NCBI GenBank assembly: GCA_963781885.1
Contig: CAWAHW010000002.1
Location: 736,001-800,000, forward strand
Origin: an uncultured Spirochaetota bacterium
Lineage (GTDB): Bacteria; Spirochaetota; Spirochaetia; SZUA-6; Fen-1364
Direction: 5' to 3'
DNA length: 64,000 bases
Shown here: in pieces, positions 8,209 through 17,520 of the stretch
Layout: each line of letters starts with the position of its first letter
Position numbering within the stretch: position 1 is the stretch's first letter
Position numbers and translations under genes: made by a program
The notes under the pieces: generated by a model
Databases searched by the model: none
The model's input: the letters and a program-made list of their open reading frames with translations, nothing else
Told to the model about the DNA's origin: nothing

Positions 8209-10746
8209 ATGGGACATCTGGCATTCATCATCAAGCCGAATATTCCTGAGAGGCTGAAACCGCTCGAGGAGCTCGCGCACAACCTTTGGATCAGCTGGAA
8301 CTTCGAAGCCATCATGCTCTTCATGCGCCTGGACTACGACACGTGGCTGGAGGCGCGGCAGAGTCCCGTGCGCATGCTCGGCCTCGTCGCCCAGGACAAG
8401 CTGGAGGCCGCGGCGCGCGACGACTCGTTCCTTGCGGCGCTCAACGCGGTCTGGTCGAAGTTCACGCGCTACCTCGGCGCGGAGCGCTGGTACAAGGGTG
8501 CCCAGAACACCGCCATCGCTTATTTCTCGATGGAGTACGGGCTCGACGTTGCGCTGCCGGTGTATTCCGGCGGTCTGGGGATGCTTTCGGGAGATCATCT
8601 GAAGACCTCCTCGGACCTCGGGCTTCCATTGGTGGGGGTGGGTCTCCTGTATCGGCAGGGCTACTTCCAGCAGTACCTCAACCTGGACGGGTTCCAGCAG
8701 GAATCGTATCCCGAGAACGACTGGTACAACATGCCGGTCACGCTCTGCCGCGACGAAAAGGGCACACCGCTGGCGGTCAAGGTGGAAATGGGACCGTCGG
8801 TTGCCACGGCCTGGATCTGGAGGGTGGCGGTGGGCAAAAACGCCCTCTACCTCCTGGACACGAACATCGACGCCAACACCCCCGAGCTGCGGCTCATCAC
8901 CGCGTCGCTGTACGGCGGCGACAAGGAGACGAGGATACAGCAGGAGATGCTCCTGGGCGTCGGCGGCGTGCGCGCGCTGCGCGCGCTGGGAATCTCGGCT
9001 TCCTGCATGCACATGAACGAGGGGCATTCGGCGTTCCTCTGCCTGGAGCGCATGCGCTCCCTCATGCAGGAGAGCAAGCTGTCCTATGCCGATGCGGCGC
9101 AATTCGTCTGGTCGACAAACGTGTTCACCACGCATACGCCGGTTCCCGCGGGCAACGAGCGCTTTTCACCGGCGCTCATGGAAAAGTACCTGGGTGGCAC
9201 GGCGCACGACCTGGGGCTTTCGTGGAAGGACTTCCTTGCGCTGGGCCGTGAGGACCCGAACAACGACGGGGAGGACTTCTGCATGACGGTGCTCGCCCTG
9301 CGCCTGTCCGCGTTCAACAACGGCGTGAGCAGGCTGCACGGCGAGGTCTCCCGGACGATGTGGCGGAGCATCTGGCCGTCGCTCCCGGTGGAGGAGGTGC
9401 CCATCGGGCACATCACGAATGGCGTCCATCCGCGCACCTGGATCAGCCACGACATGATCGACCTGCTGGACAGGTTCTTCGGCCCGGAGTTCCACGACAC
9501 GCCAACGAACCTGGAGATCTGGAACCGCATCGACCGCATCTCCGACGAGGAGCTGTGGCGCACCCATGAGCGCCGGCGGGAGCGGCTTGTCGCCTTCGCG
9601 CGCCAGCGTCTCCTTCAGCAGCTGGAGCGCCGCGGGGTCACCAACTCCGAGCTTTCGCGCGGAGCGGACGCGCTGTCGCCGTATACGCTGACGATCTGCT
9701 TCGCGCGGCGCTTCGCGACGTACAAGCGGGCGGACCTCCTGCTCTCCGACCCCGAGCGGCTCATCCGCCTTCTCACGAACAAGGAAAGGCCCGTGCAGAT
9801 GATATTCGCCGGCAAGGCTCACCCCCACGACCTGCCGGGCAAGGAGATCATCAAGCGCATCGTCCATTTCTCCAGCGACCCGCGGGTCGCCAGCCGCATC
9901 GTGTTCCTCGAGGACTACGACATGAACATGTCGCGCTACCTCGTCTCGGGGAGCGACCTCTGGATGAACACGCCGCGGCGGCCCCTGGAGGCGAGCGGCA
10001 CAAGCGGCATGAAGGCCGCCATGAACGGAACGCTCAATCTTTCGATCCTCGATGGCTGGTGGGATGAGGCCTACACCGCCGGCATCGGCTGGGCGATCGG
10101 CCGGGGCGAGGAATACGAGGATCACGTTCTACAAGACGAGGTGGAAGGCAAGGCGCTGTACGACCTGCTGGAGCGCGAGATCATCCCCCTCTTCTATACG
10201 CGCGGCATGGACGGGCTCCCGCGCGAGTGGATCCGCCGGATGAAGGAATCCATGCGCGACGTGGGGAAGAAGTTCAGTACGCACCGGATGCTGCTGCAGT
10301 ACGCCGACACCTTCTACGCGCCGGCCGTGCGCAACGCGAAGACATTTGCCGCCAAGGGATACGCGCAGAGCAAGGAGGTGGCGGCATATCTTTCACGCCT
10401 GCGGGAGCACTGGGCGGAGCTTCGCATCGAGGAGCTCACGTCCGACGCGGCGCCGATCCTCACCATCGGCAATACCATCTCCGTGAAGGCGCGCATCTTC
10501 CTCGCCGGGCTGTCCGCGGGGGACCTGGGCGTCGAGCTGTACTACGGGGCGCTGTCGTCCAAGGGGGCAATCGAGGAGCCGCGGAGGATGGAGATGGTGC
10601 CGTGCGGCGTCGAGGGCAGCACGGCCCTGTACTGCGCGCAGGTGGCGTGCGACAGGACGGGCCGGCAGGGTTACACGATCCGCATCCTGCCGAAGCACGA
10701 TACGCTCGTGCATCCCTTCCTGCCCGGTCTGGTGAAGTGGGGTTGA
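8209..10746 (+). CDS. glgP: Alpha-glucan (glycogen/starch) phosphorylase
   Basis: YFSMEYG, YSGGLG, HMNEGH, FARRFATYKRA and EASGTSGMKA motifs. Confidence 0.96.
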   Translation: MGHLAFIIKPNIPERLKPLEELAHNLWISWNFEAIMLFMRLDYDTWLEARQSPVRMLGLVAQDKLEAAARDDSFLAALNAVWSKFTRYLGAERWYKGAQNTAIAYFSMEYGLDVALPVYSGGLGMLSGDHLKTSSDLGLPLVGVGLLYRQGYFQQYLNLDGFQQESYPENDWYNMPVTLCRDEKGTPLAVKVEMGPSVATAWIWRVAVGKNALYLLDTNIDANTPELRLITASLYGGDKETRIQQEMLLGVGGVRALRALGISASCMHMNEGHSAFLCLERMRSLMQESKLSYADAAQFVWSTNVFTTHTPVPAGNERFSPALMEKYLGGTAHDLGLSWKDFLALGREDPNNDGEDFCMTVLALRLSAFNNGVSRLHGEVSRTMWRSIWPSLPVEEVPIGHITNGVHPRTWISHDMIDLLDRFFGPEFHDTPTNLEIWNRIDRISDEELWRTHERRRERLVAFARQRLLQQLERRGVTNSELSRGADALSPYTLTICFARRFATYKRADLLLSDPERLIRLLTNKERPVQMIFAGKAHPHDLPGKEIIKRIVHFSSDPRVASRIVFLEDYDMNMSRYLVSGSDLWMNTPRRPLEASGTSGMKAAMNGTLNLSILDGWWDEAYTAGIGWAIGRGEEYEDHVLQDEVEGKALYDLLEREIIPLFYTRGMDGLPREWIRRMKESMRDVGKKFSTHRMLLQYADTFYAPAVRNAKTFAAKGYAQSKEVAAYLSRLREHWAELRIEELTSDAAPILTIGNTISVKARIFLAGLSAGDLGVELYYGALSSKGAIEEPRRMEMVPCGVEGSTALYCAQVACDRTGRQGYTIRILPKHDTLVHPFLPGLVKWG

Positions 10747-10760
10747 GAGAAGGCCTCGTG

Positions 10761-11474
10761 CTACAGCCCCATCAGGTGATGGGAGAGGGCGAAGCCTTCA
10801 CCGGCCACGAACAGCACGATCAGGATGAGCGCGGGCAGGAAGTTCGCGAGCTTGAGCTTCGCGAGTCCCAGGAGATTGATACCGATCATGATGACCAGCG
10901 CGCCGCCCACGCCCGTCAATTCCTTTAGCAAGAGGTCGGTCACAAGCGGCGCCAGCCACACCGAAAGCAGCGTGAGCAGGCCCTGGTAGACCAGGACGGA
11001 GAGCGCGGCAAAGGCCACGCCGATGCCCATGGCGGCCGTGAAGACGATGGCCATGAAGCCGTCCATCACCGACTTCGTGAAGATGAGGCTGTAGTCCCCC
11101 TGGGTCCCGGCCTTGAACGATCCGACGATCGACATGGCCCCAACGCAGAATAGCATCGATGCGGTGAGGAACCCGTAGGCGAACTGGCTTCCGGTATCCT
11201 TGCGCGCAAAGGTCCGCTTCAGCACTTCCCCGAGGGCAAGGACGCCTTCCTCGATCCTCCACCACGTCCCGAGCATTCCCCCGATGATCAGCGACAGAGC
11301 GAGATAGACGATCTTCGAGCTGGAAATCGCCATCTGGACGCCAATGACGACCGACGTGATCCCTGCGCCCACGGAGACAACGGTCTTGAACGACTCCTTG
11401 ATCCGGGTGCGGAAGAGCAAACCGATCAGGGATCCGACGATGACTGCGACTGCGTTCACGACGACCGCTACCAT
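10761..11474 (-). CDS. DUF554 family membrane protein
   Basis: 'VNAVAVIVGSLIG...FCVGAMSIVGS...KSVMDG...ANFLPAL' signature. Confidence 0.9.
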   Translation of the reverse strand: MVAVVVNAVAVIVGSLIGLLFRTRIKESFKTVVSVGAGITSVVIGVQMAISSSKIVYLALSLIIGGMLGTWWRIEEGVLALGEVLKRTFARKDTGSQFAYGFLTASMLFCVGAMSIVGSFKAGTQGDYSLIFTKSVMDGFMAIVFTAAMGIGVAFAALSVLVYQGLLTLLSVWLAPLVTDLLLKELTGVGGALVIMIGINLLGLAKLKLANFLPALILIVLFVAGEGFALSHHLMGL

Positions 11475-11524
11475 GAGTGCTCAATCTATCCGTTTTTCGC
11501 ATGTCATGGGAAGCGGTGCAGGTC

Positions 11525-11572
11525 GCCACGGGCTACCGTGGCCGGACCGAATGCCACGGGATACCGTGGCCG
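11525..11572. repeat. REP-like family A, two units
   Basis: GCCACGGGCTACCGTGGC and AATGCCACGGGATACCGTGGCCG. Confidence 0.8.
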
Positions 11573-11614
11573 GGCTTGTCTCCCACAGGCAAAATACCTA
11601 AGCTCTCCGCAGTC

Positions 11615-12067
11615 ATGAGAGCGCAGTTCCCTATCGTTGCATTAGTCCTGCTCCTGGCGAGCGCCCCTGCGGTCTGGGCCCAGGAGACGGATCCGATGAA
11701 GATCGTCGGAATGGACCTGAAGACTGCCACGGATTCCTTCGGGCTTCCGCAGAGCATGTTTTCCTTTCGGGGCAGCGCGGCGGATCGCGACGACGTCGTG
11801 TTCTACTACAGCAACCATGTCTATCTCTTCTGGTTCCACGACCGCGTCTGGCAGGTGAGATACGACATGCGCTTCAGCGGCTCTGTCTTCGGCGTCACTC
11901 TCGGCACGCCGCGGGAGCAGATCCAGGCGGACTTTTCACGGCCCCTGCTGCCGCTCGACGATTCCCTGTACTTCGACGTCGACACCGCCGGCTACCCCGT
12001 GCGCGTCCGGCTGGTCTTTGCCTACGGCTGTCTCTCCGACGTCTACGTCTACAGGAGCGATTTCTGA
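11615..12067 (+). CDS. Secreted hypothetical protein
   Basis: Signal peptide and 150-aa ORF coupled to aroDE. Confidence 0.7.
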   Translation: MRAQFPIVALVLLLASAPAVWAQETDPMKIVGMDLKTATDSFGLPQSMFSFRGSAADRDDVVFYYSNHVYLFWFHDRVWQVRYDMRFSGSVFGVTLGTPREQIQADFSRPLLPLDDSLYFDVDTAGYPVRVRLVFAYGCLSDVYVYRSDF

Positions 12068-13575
12068 ACAGCCGGGCATCCATCTGTCTCTGCCTTGCCG
12101 CCGAAACCCTTGAGGCCGACCTGGCGCACGCGCGCCGCTATGGGAAGCGCTTCGATCTCCTGGAGCTGCGCGTTGACAGGCTCACGCCGTCCGAGCGCGC
12201 GCATGCCGGTCGACTGCCGCATCTTGCGGACGCGCCGGTCATCCTCACGGTGCGTCGCCGCAACGACGGCGGGATGTTCGATGGTGACGAAAGGGAAAGA
12301 CTGGCGCTTCTGCAGCGTTGCGCCGGGGAAGGCTTCGCCTATGTCGATCTGGAAGACGGGCTGCAGGCTCCGGCGCTGGAGGCCCGTCTGAGAGAGACAG
12401 GCACGAAAATCATCCGGTCTTTCCACGATCTCACCGGCGTGCCCGCGGATTTCCCGCAGCGGCTGGATAGGATTTCGGAGCGACCGCATGAGATCCCCAA
12501 GGCCGCGGTGACGCCGCGCTCCTGTGCCGACCTCGCGCGTCTGCTGCGCGTCGTCATGGACCGGAGCCGGGTCCCGGGCAACGCGCCGATGTTGGTCCTT
12601 GGGATGGGCGCGGTGGGCTTCCCGACACGGGTGCTTGCGTCGAAGCTCGGCGCTCCCTGGTGCTATACGTCGCCGGAAAGCGACAAGGCGGCACCCGGAC
12701 ACATCGACCCGGCCATGCTCGAGGATGTCTACCGATTCCGCTCGATCGGACCCGACACCGCCGTCTTCGGCGTCATCGGGGACCCGGTCATGCACTCCCG
12801 GTCCCCGCTCATCCATAACAAGGGTTTCGATGCATGCGGCTTGGACGCCGTCTACCTGCCATTCGCCGTCCCGGACCTCGAGGGCTTCTGGGAGGTTGCC
12901 GATCTCCTGGCCGTGCGCGGCCTGTCGGTGACCGTTCCCCATAAGAATGCGGTGATCCCGCGCCTGTCCAGCGCCGACGAGCTTGTCCGTGCCTCGGGTG
13001 CCTGCAACACGATAACCCGCTCCGAAGCGGCGGGCGACTGGCAGGGAACAAATACCGACGTTGCCGGCTTCCTCGGGCCGCTGCGGGAAGCATTCGCGGG
13101 CACGGTGCCCCGAGGTCTTGCGGCCACGGTCGTCGGGGCCGGCGGGGCCGCGCGCGCGGTGGTCCATGCCCTTTCAGGTCTGGGGGCGCGCATTCTCGTG
13201 CTCAATCGCGGCTCCGAGAGCGCGCGCGCCGTGGCGGAGACCGTGGGAGCCTCATTCGGCGGGCTGGATGCGGCCGGATTCACGGCTGCGCGGCAGTTCA
13301 GCGACCTGGTCGTGCAGACCACCAGGGTCGGCATGGACCCGCTGGCGGACCGCGATCCTGCGCCCGAGTTGTCGTTCAGCGGAAAAGAAATCGTCTATGA
13401 GCTGATCTATGCCCCGCGTGTCACCCCCTTCCTTGGTCGCGCGATAAAGGCGGGGTGTCGGGTCATTTATGGGAGGCAGATGCTCGTCAACCAGGCCATG
13501 GAGCAATTCAGGCTTTTCACCGGGCAATACTATCCGTCGGAATGCCGGTCAGGCCTTGAGGAAGGAATAGATTGA
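12064..13575 (+). CDS. aroDE: Fused type I 3-dehydroquinate dehydratase / shikimate dehydrogenase (probable CTG start)
   Basis: N-terminal ICLCL...LLELRVD and IIRSFHD (AroD); HSRSP, SVTVPHK, NTD and GAGGAA (AroE). Confidence 0.9.
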   Translation: MNSRASICLCLAAETLEADLAHARRYGKRFDLLELRVDRLTPSERAHAGRLPHLADAPVILTVRRRNDGGMFDGDERERLALLQRCAGEGFAYVDLEDGLQAPALEARLRETGTKIIRSFHDLTGVPADFPQRLDRISERPHEIPKAAVTPRSCADLARLLRVVMDRSRVPGNAPMLVLGMGAVGFPTRVLASKLGAPWCYTSPESDKAAPGHIDPAMLEDVYRFRSIGPDTAVFGVIGDPVMHSRSPLIHNKGFDACGLDAVYLPFAVPDLEGFWEVADLLAVRGLSVTVPHKNAVIPRLSSADELVRASGACNTITRSEAAGDWQGTNTDVAGFLGPLREAFAGTVPRGLAATVVGAGGAARAVVHALSGLGARILVLNRGSESARAVAETVGASFGGLDAAGFTAARQFSDLVVQTTRVGMDPLADRDPAPELSFSGKEIVYELIYAPRVTPFLGRAIKAGCRVIYGRQMLVNQAMEQFRLFTGQYYPSECRSGLEEGID

Positions 13576-13656
13576 GAATGCATTCACGATATACTCCTTG
13601 ACTCTTCTTTCATTCCACGTATAGTTATGCATCCGCTTGACAGGAGGGAGCGCTCA

Positions 13657-14734
13657 ATGCCGCACAAGAAGTTGTTCATTCCCGGCCCCACCGAGGTCCA
13701 CCCCGAAGTTCTCCAAGCCATGGCGACGCCCATGATCGGCCATAGGAGCGGCGAGTACTCGGAGCTGCAGAAACGCCTGACCGGGAAGGTGCAGAAGCTC
13801 GCCGGCACGGCGAACCCCATCTTGTTCTCCGCCTCCTCGGGGAGCGGGCTCATGGAAGGGGCCATCCGCTGCTGCACCGCGCGGCGGGCCATCGTCTTTT
13901 CCGTCGGCACATTCGGCAACCGGTGGTTCGAGATCGCCCAGGGCAATGGCGTACCGGCGGACAAGCACGAAGTGGAGTGGGGCCAGGGCCTCACGCCCGA
14001 CATGGTCGAGCAATATCTCTCCACCGGGAAGTACGACTGCGCCACCCTCACGCACAGCGAGACATCAACCGGTGTCATGAATCATCTCGAAGAAATGGCG
14101 CCGGTGTTCCGTCGTTACCCCGACGTTGTTCTGGTGCATCGACGCCGTCTCGTCGTTCGGCGGCGTGAAGATCGACGTCGACGGCCTGGGCATCGACGTG
14201 ATGGTGACCTCCAGCCAGAAGTGCCTGGGTCTCCCGCCGGGCCTGAGCCTTGCCACGTTCTCCGCCAAGGCGGAAAAGCGCGCGCAGACGGTGAAAAACC
14301 GCGGCTTCTATTTCGACCTCCTCCAGCTCCTCCAGTTCATCCGGGAAAAGAACTTCCAGTACCCGTCCACGATGAGCATCTCCCACCTCTTCGCGCTGGA
14401 TACGCAGATGGAGCGCATCGAGAAAGAGGGCGCCGAGGCGCGCTTCGCCCGTCACGATGCCATGGCGCAGCGCGTCCAGGAATGGGCCAGGAAGCACTTC
14501 GCGCTCTATCCCGTGGAGAAGTACGCGTCGAAGACCGTCACGTGCATCAAGAACACGCGCGGCATCTCCGTCGGCGACCTGAACAAGGAGCTTGCGAAGC
14601 GGAACCTCAACCTGTCGAACGGCTACGGCAAGCTCAAAGAGCAGACATTCCGCATCGCCCACATGGGCGATCTGCAGATGAGCGACATCGACGAGCTCCT
14701 GCACGCCATCGAGGAAATCCTCTCGCTGAAATAG
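13657..14734 (+). CDS. Class V PLP aminotransferase (alanine-glyoxylate/serine-pyruvate family), +1 frameshift at ~14126
   Basis: LFIPGPT and HSETSTG in one frame; DAVSS, SSQKCL and FRIAHMG in the next frame. Confidence 0.9.
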
Positions 14735-14812
14735 CGCGTGAATGGGGCGCGCCGATCGGTGCGCCCTGAAATATTTTTGCATCGCCCCGGGCAGCCGACT
14801 ATACTTGAGCCC

Positions 14813-15061
14813 ATGGGGGAGCAGAAATCCTGTCTTTTTTGCGGGAAAAACGTCGACAACGCATTCCAGTACTGTCCCCATTGCGGCTACGAGTTCGGGC
14901 AGGGCGAAGACCTTCCCGTCCTCCTGGAAGAGGTTGCCGGCGAGCCTCCCGTGGACGGGGAGGAGGATTACCTCCTGCGGCTGCGGACCCTTCAGGAGCT
15001 CCTGGCCGACATGGAGAAGGAGCTCGACCTCATCATCAGGACCTCTTCAAAAGGTCCTTGA
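14813..15061 (+). CDS. Small zinc-ribbon protein
   Basis: CxxC-x9-CxxC (CLFCG...CPHCG) followed by an acidic helix. Confidence 0.7.
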   Translation: MGEQKSCLFCGKNVDNAFQYCPHCGYEFGQGEDLPVLLEEVAGEPPVDGEEDYLLRLRTLQELLADMEKELDLIIRTSSKGP

Positions 15062-16274
15062 TCACGCTCCTGTCATCCAGCAGCGAGCTCAAGCTTCGAT
15101 TGTAATGCACGCGGTAGATCGTCCGCGCGAAAAGGTTCGTGATGTCCGCGCTGCGGTACCAGTCGCGTTCGAGCAGCGAGCCGTCGTGGTAGACGGCGTT
15201 CGTTCCGATGACCTCTGAGAAAAGCCCCTCGTCGTGCGCCTTCTGGAACGACCCCACCGTCTCGGGCGTCGTGAAGAAAGGCAGGCTCACGGCGCAGATG
15301 GTCCGACGCGCGCCCGCCTCCTTGAGCACGCGCATCGCCTTGATGAGCGTGCCGCCCGTCCCCAGCATGTCGTCGCAGAGGAATACGGTCCTGTCTTTCA
15401 CGGACCCCAGCAGCCGCATATCGGTGATGTTGCCCCGCTCCGCGCTCTGCGCGACGCGGGAGTAGTCCCTCTCCTTGTACAGCATGCCCAGGGGCTTTCC
15501 GAGGATGGAAGCGTAGAACTTGCTCCTCTCCACGGCGCCGGTGTCCGGCGCGACCACCATAAGGCTCTCATCCTTCAGGTCCGTGACGCTGCCGAGGGTC
15601 TTCAGGATCTGGTAGGCGCCGTGGAGATTCTCCAGGCGGAGGTGGTTGAAGCAGTTCTCGATCTCCTTGGAATGGATGTCGAGCGTGATGATGCGCGCGA
15701 CGCCGAAGTATTCCAGGATCTGACCCAGCCGGGCGGCCGACAGGCTCTCCCGTCCCTTTTTCTTGTGCTGCCGCGAGTAGGGGAACGTGGGGAGGATCAC
15801 GGTGACCTGCAGAGCGCCCGCCTGGAGCGCCGCGTCCACCGTCATCAGGAGACAGAAGATGTGGTCGTTCACCGAGTGGATCACGGGTGCATCCGCTTTC
15901 TGCAGCTGGAGGGGATAGCGGTTTGCCACGTCCTGCACGATGTAGATGTCGGTGTTGCGCACGGAGGAGAGTATTTCGGTCTTGAACTCCCCGTTGGGGA
16001 ACCTTGTGTACTTTGCCGGCACGAGCATATTGCGCGTGCGGTGCTGGTCCACCGGCTCGTCCCGCTCTCCGATGGGGGAGCTCATGTCGCTTGCCAGATT
16101 GATCTGTCGGATGACCTCTGCGCGCGGGAGGCCATAGAGGCGCGAAAGCGCACGGGCGCGCTCTTCCATCTTGTCCATGGTGATGGTCTGCAGGTGCGCG
16201 TAGACCGACTGGGCGAACACCATTCCTCCCGGGCAGGGGAGGATGCCGATCTCCGACTGGCTGGCGTCAGGCAT
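15036..16274 (-). CDS. prs: Ribose-phosphate pyrophosphokinase
   Basis: FPNGE, PYSRQHK, LDIHS, APDTG and DDMLGTGGT motifs. Confidence 0.93.
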   Translation of the reverse strand: MPDASQSEIGILPCPGGMVFAQSVYAHLQTITMDKMEERARALSRLYGLPRAEVIRQINLASDMSSPIGERDEPVDQHRTRNMLVPAKYTRFPNGEFKTEILSSVRNTDIYIVQDVANRYPLQLQKADAPVIHSVNDHIFCLLMTVDAALQAGALQVTVILPTFPYSRQHKKKGRESLSAARLGQILEYFGVARIITLDIHSKEIENCFNHLRLENLHGAYQILKTLGSVTDLKDESLMVVAPDTGAVERSKFYASILGKPLGMLYKERDYSRVAQSAERGNITDMRLLGSVKDRTVFLCDDMLGTGGTLIKAMRVLKEAGARRTICAVSLPFFTTPETVGSFQKAHDEGLFSEVIGTNAVYHDGSLLERDWYRSADITNLFARTIYRVHYNRSLSSLLDDRSVIKDLLKRS

Positions 16275-17341
16275 GAGCGGCTATTTGTCGCGCCGGAAGC
16301 GTTAGGGGAGGCCGCGGGAGTGCCGCCAGGAGCGGAAGCAGCGGCTGCCGGAATGCCGCCAGGAGCGACTGCCGGAATGCCGCCAGGAGCGGCTGCCGGA
16401 ATGCCGCCAGCAGCGGCTGCGTTGAAATACGCAATAGTGCGGGCGAGCCCCTCGTCGAGGCTGAAGCTCGGCTTCCAGCCGAGAACCCGGGCAGCCTTTC
16501 CGTTGTCCAGGCAGCTCCTGTGGAGGTCTCCGGGCCGCGGGCCGGCCCGGGTGTAGCGCAGCTCCTTGCCCATGATCCGGCAAATGGCGGCCAGGATCTC
16601 CCGGGTGCGGACCTCTTTGCCTGCCCCGATGTTCACCGCCTCGCCTGCCGCCTTGTCCAGGGCGAGCAGATTCGCCCGCGCGACGTCCTCCACGTAGACA
16701 TAGTCGCGCGCCATGCCCTCCGGCTCTTCGGGGTAGGCGTTTATGGACGGGATTTCCCCGGCCAGGACCTTCGAAATAAAAATGGCGACGACCCCCGCTT
16801 CTCCGTGGGGATTCTGCCGCGGCCCGTAGACGTTTGCGTAGCGGAGAGTTGTCCACGACAGGTGATGTTGTATGCCGTAGAAGCGCAGGTAGTGCTCCCC
16901 AAGGAGCTTGTGGATGGCGTACGGAGAAACAGGGACAGGATTGTGGTCTTCGCTAAATCGGGCTCCCTCGGATTCCCCGTAGATGGCGCCGCCCGATGAG
17001 ACGAAAATGAACTTCTTCACGCCGGCGGTGCGGCTGCATTCCAGGACATTCAGGAGACCCAGGGCATTGACCTTTGCGTCGAAGACCGGGTCGCGCGCGG
17101 AGACGACGACGCTGATCTGGGCGGCATGATGGTTGATCACGTCCGGCTTCTCGATCTGGAAGACACGGGCGAGCTGAGGGGCGTCGATGCTCATGAGATA
17201 GAAAGGGACACCCTTGCGGAGATTGGCCTCGGAGCCGGTGCTCAGATCGTCCACGACCGCAACCTCATGTCCGGCCGCGAGATACGCGTCGACGACGTGC
17301 GATCCGATGAATCCCGCCCCGCCCGTTACCAGGATTTTCAT
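16082..17341 (-). CDS. NAD-dependent epimerase/dehydratase (UDP-glucose 4-epimerase-like) with repeat tail; true 3' end uncertain
   Basis: GGAGFIG, YxxxK (YAIHK), RYANVYGPRQ and RDYVYV motifs. Confidence 0.9.
   Translation of the reverse strand: MKILVTGGAGFIGSHVVDAYLAAGHEVAVVDDLSTGSEANLRKGVPFYLMSIDAPQLARVFQIEKPDVINHHAAQISVVVSARDPVFDAKVNALGLLNVLECSRTAGVKKFIFVSSGGAIYGESEGARFSEDHNPVPVSPYAIHKLLGEHYLRFYGIQHHLSWTTLRYANVYGPRQNPHGEAGVVAIFISKVLAGEIPSINAYPEEPEGMARDYVYVEDVARANLLALDKAAGEAVNIGAGKEVRTREILAAICRIMGKELRYTRAGPRPGDLHRSCLDNGKAARVLGWKPSFSLDEGLARTIAYFNAAAAGGIPAAAPGGIPAVAPGGIPAAAASAPGGTPAASPNASGATNSRSCLTPASRRSASSPAREEWCSPSRSTRTCRPSPWTRWKSAPVRFRASMASRAQRSSDRSIWQAT
16321..16420. repeat. 24-bp tandem repeat (3 full copies plus partials) encoding AAAPGGIP
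   Basis: AGCGGCTGCCGGAATGCCGCCAGG-type units start at 16340, 16364 and 16388. Confidence 0.85.
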
Positions 17342-17520
17342 GCCCCGACTGTAGCATCGCCGCGTCGCAGGGGTCAAGGCGAGCCGTTTTTTGTCGGCCG
17401 CTCATGCCGGGCGGAAGGTATAATATGGAACGCAAGGGGAGGCAGCCGCTTTTTCTTGCAATTTTGCTCTTGTAAATGCCGATTATTGTACGTAACAGGA
17501 AAAGAAGAGGTACGGATACG

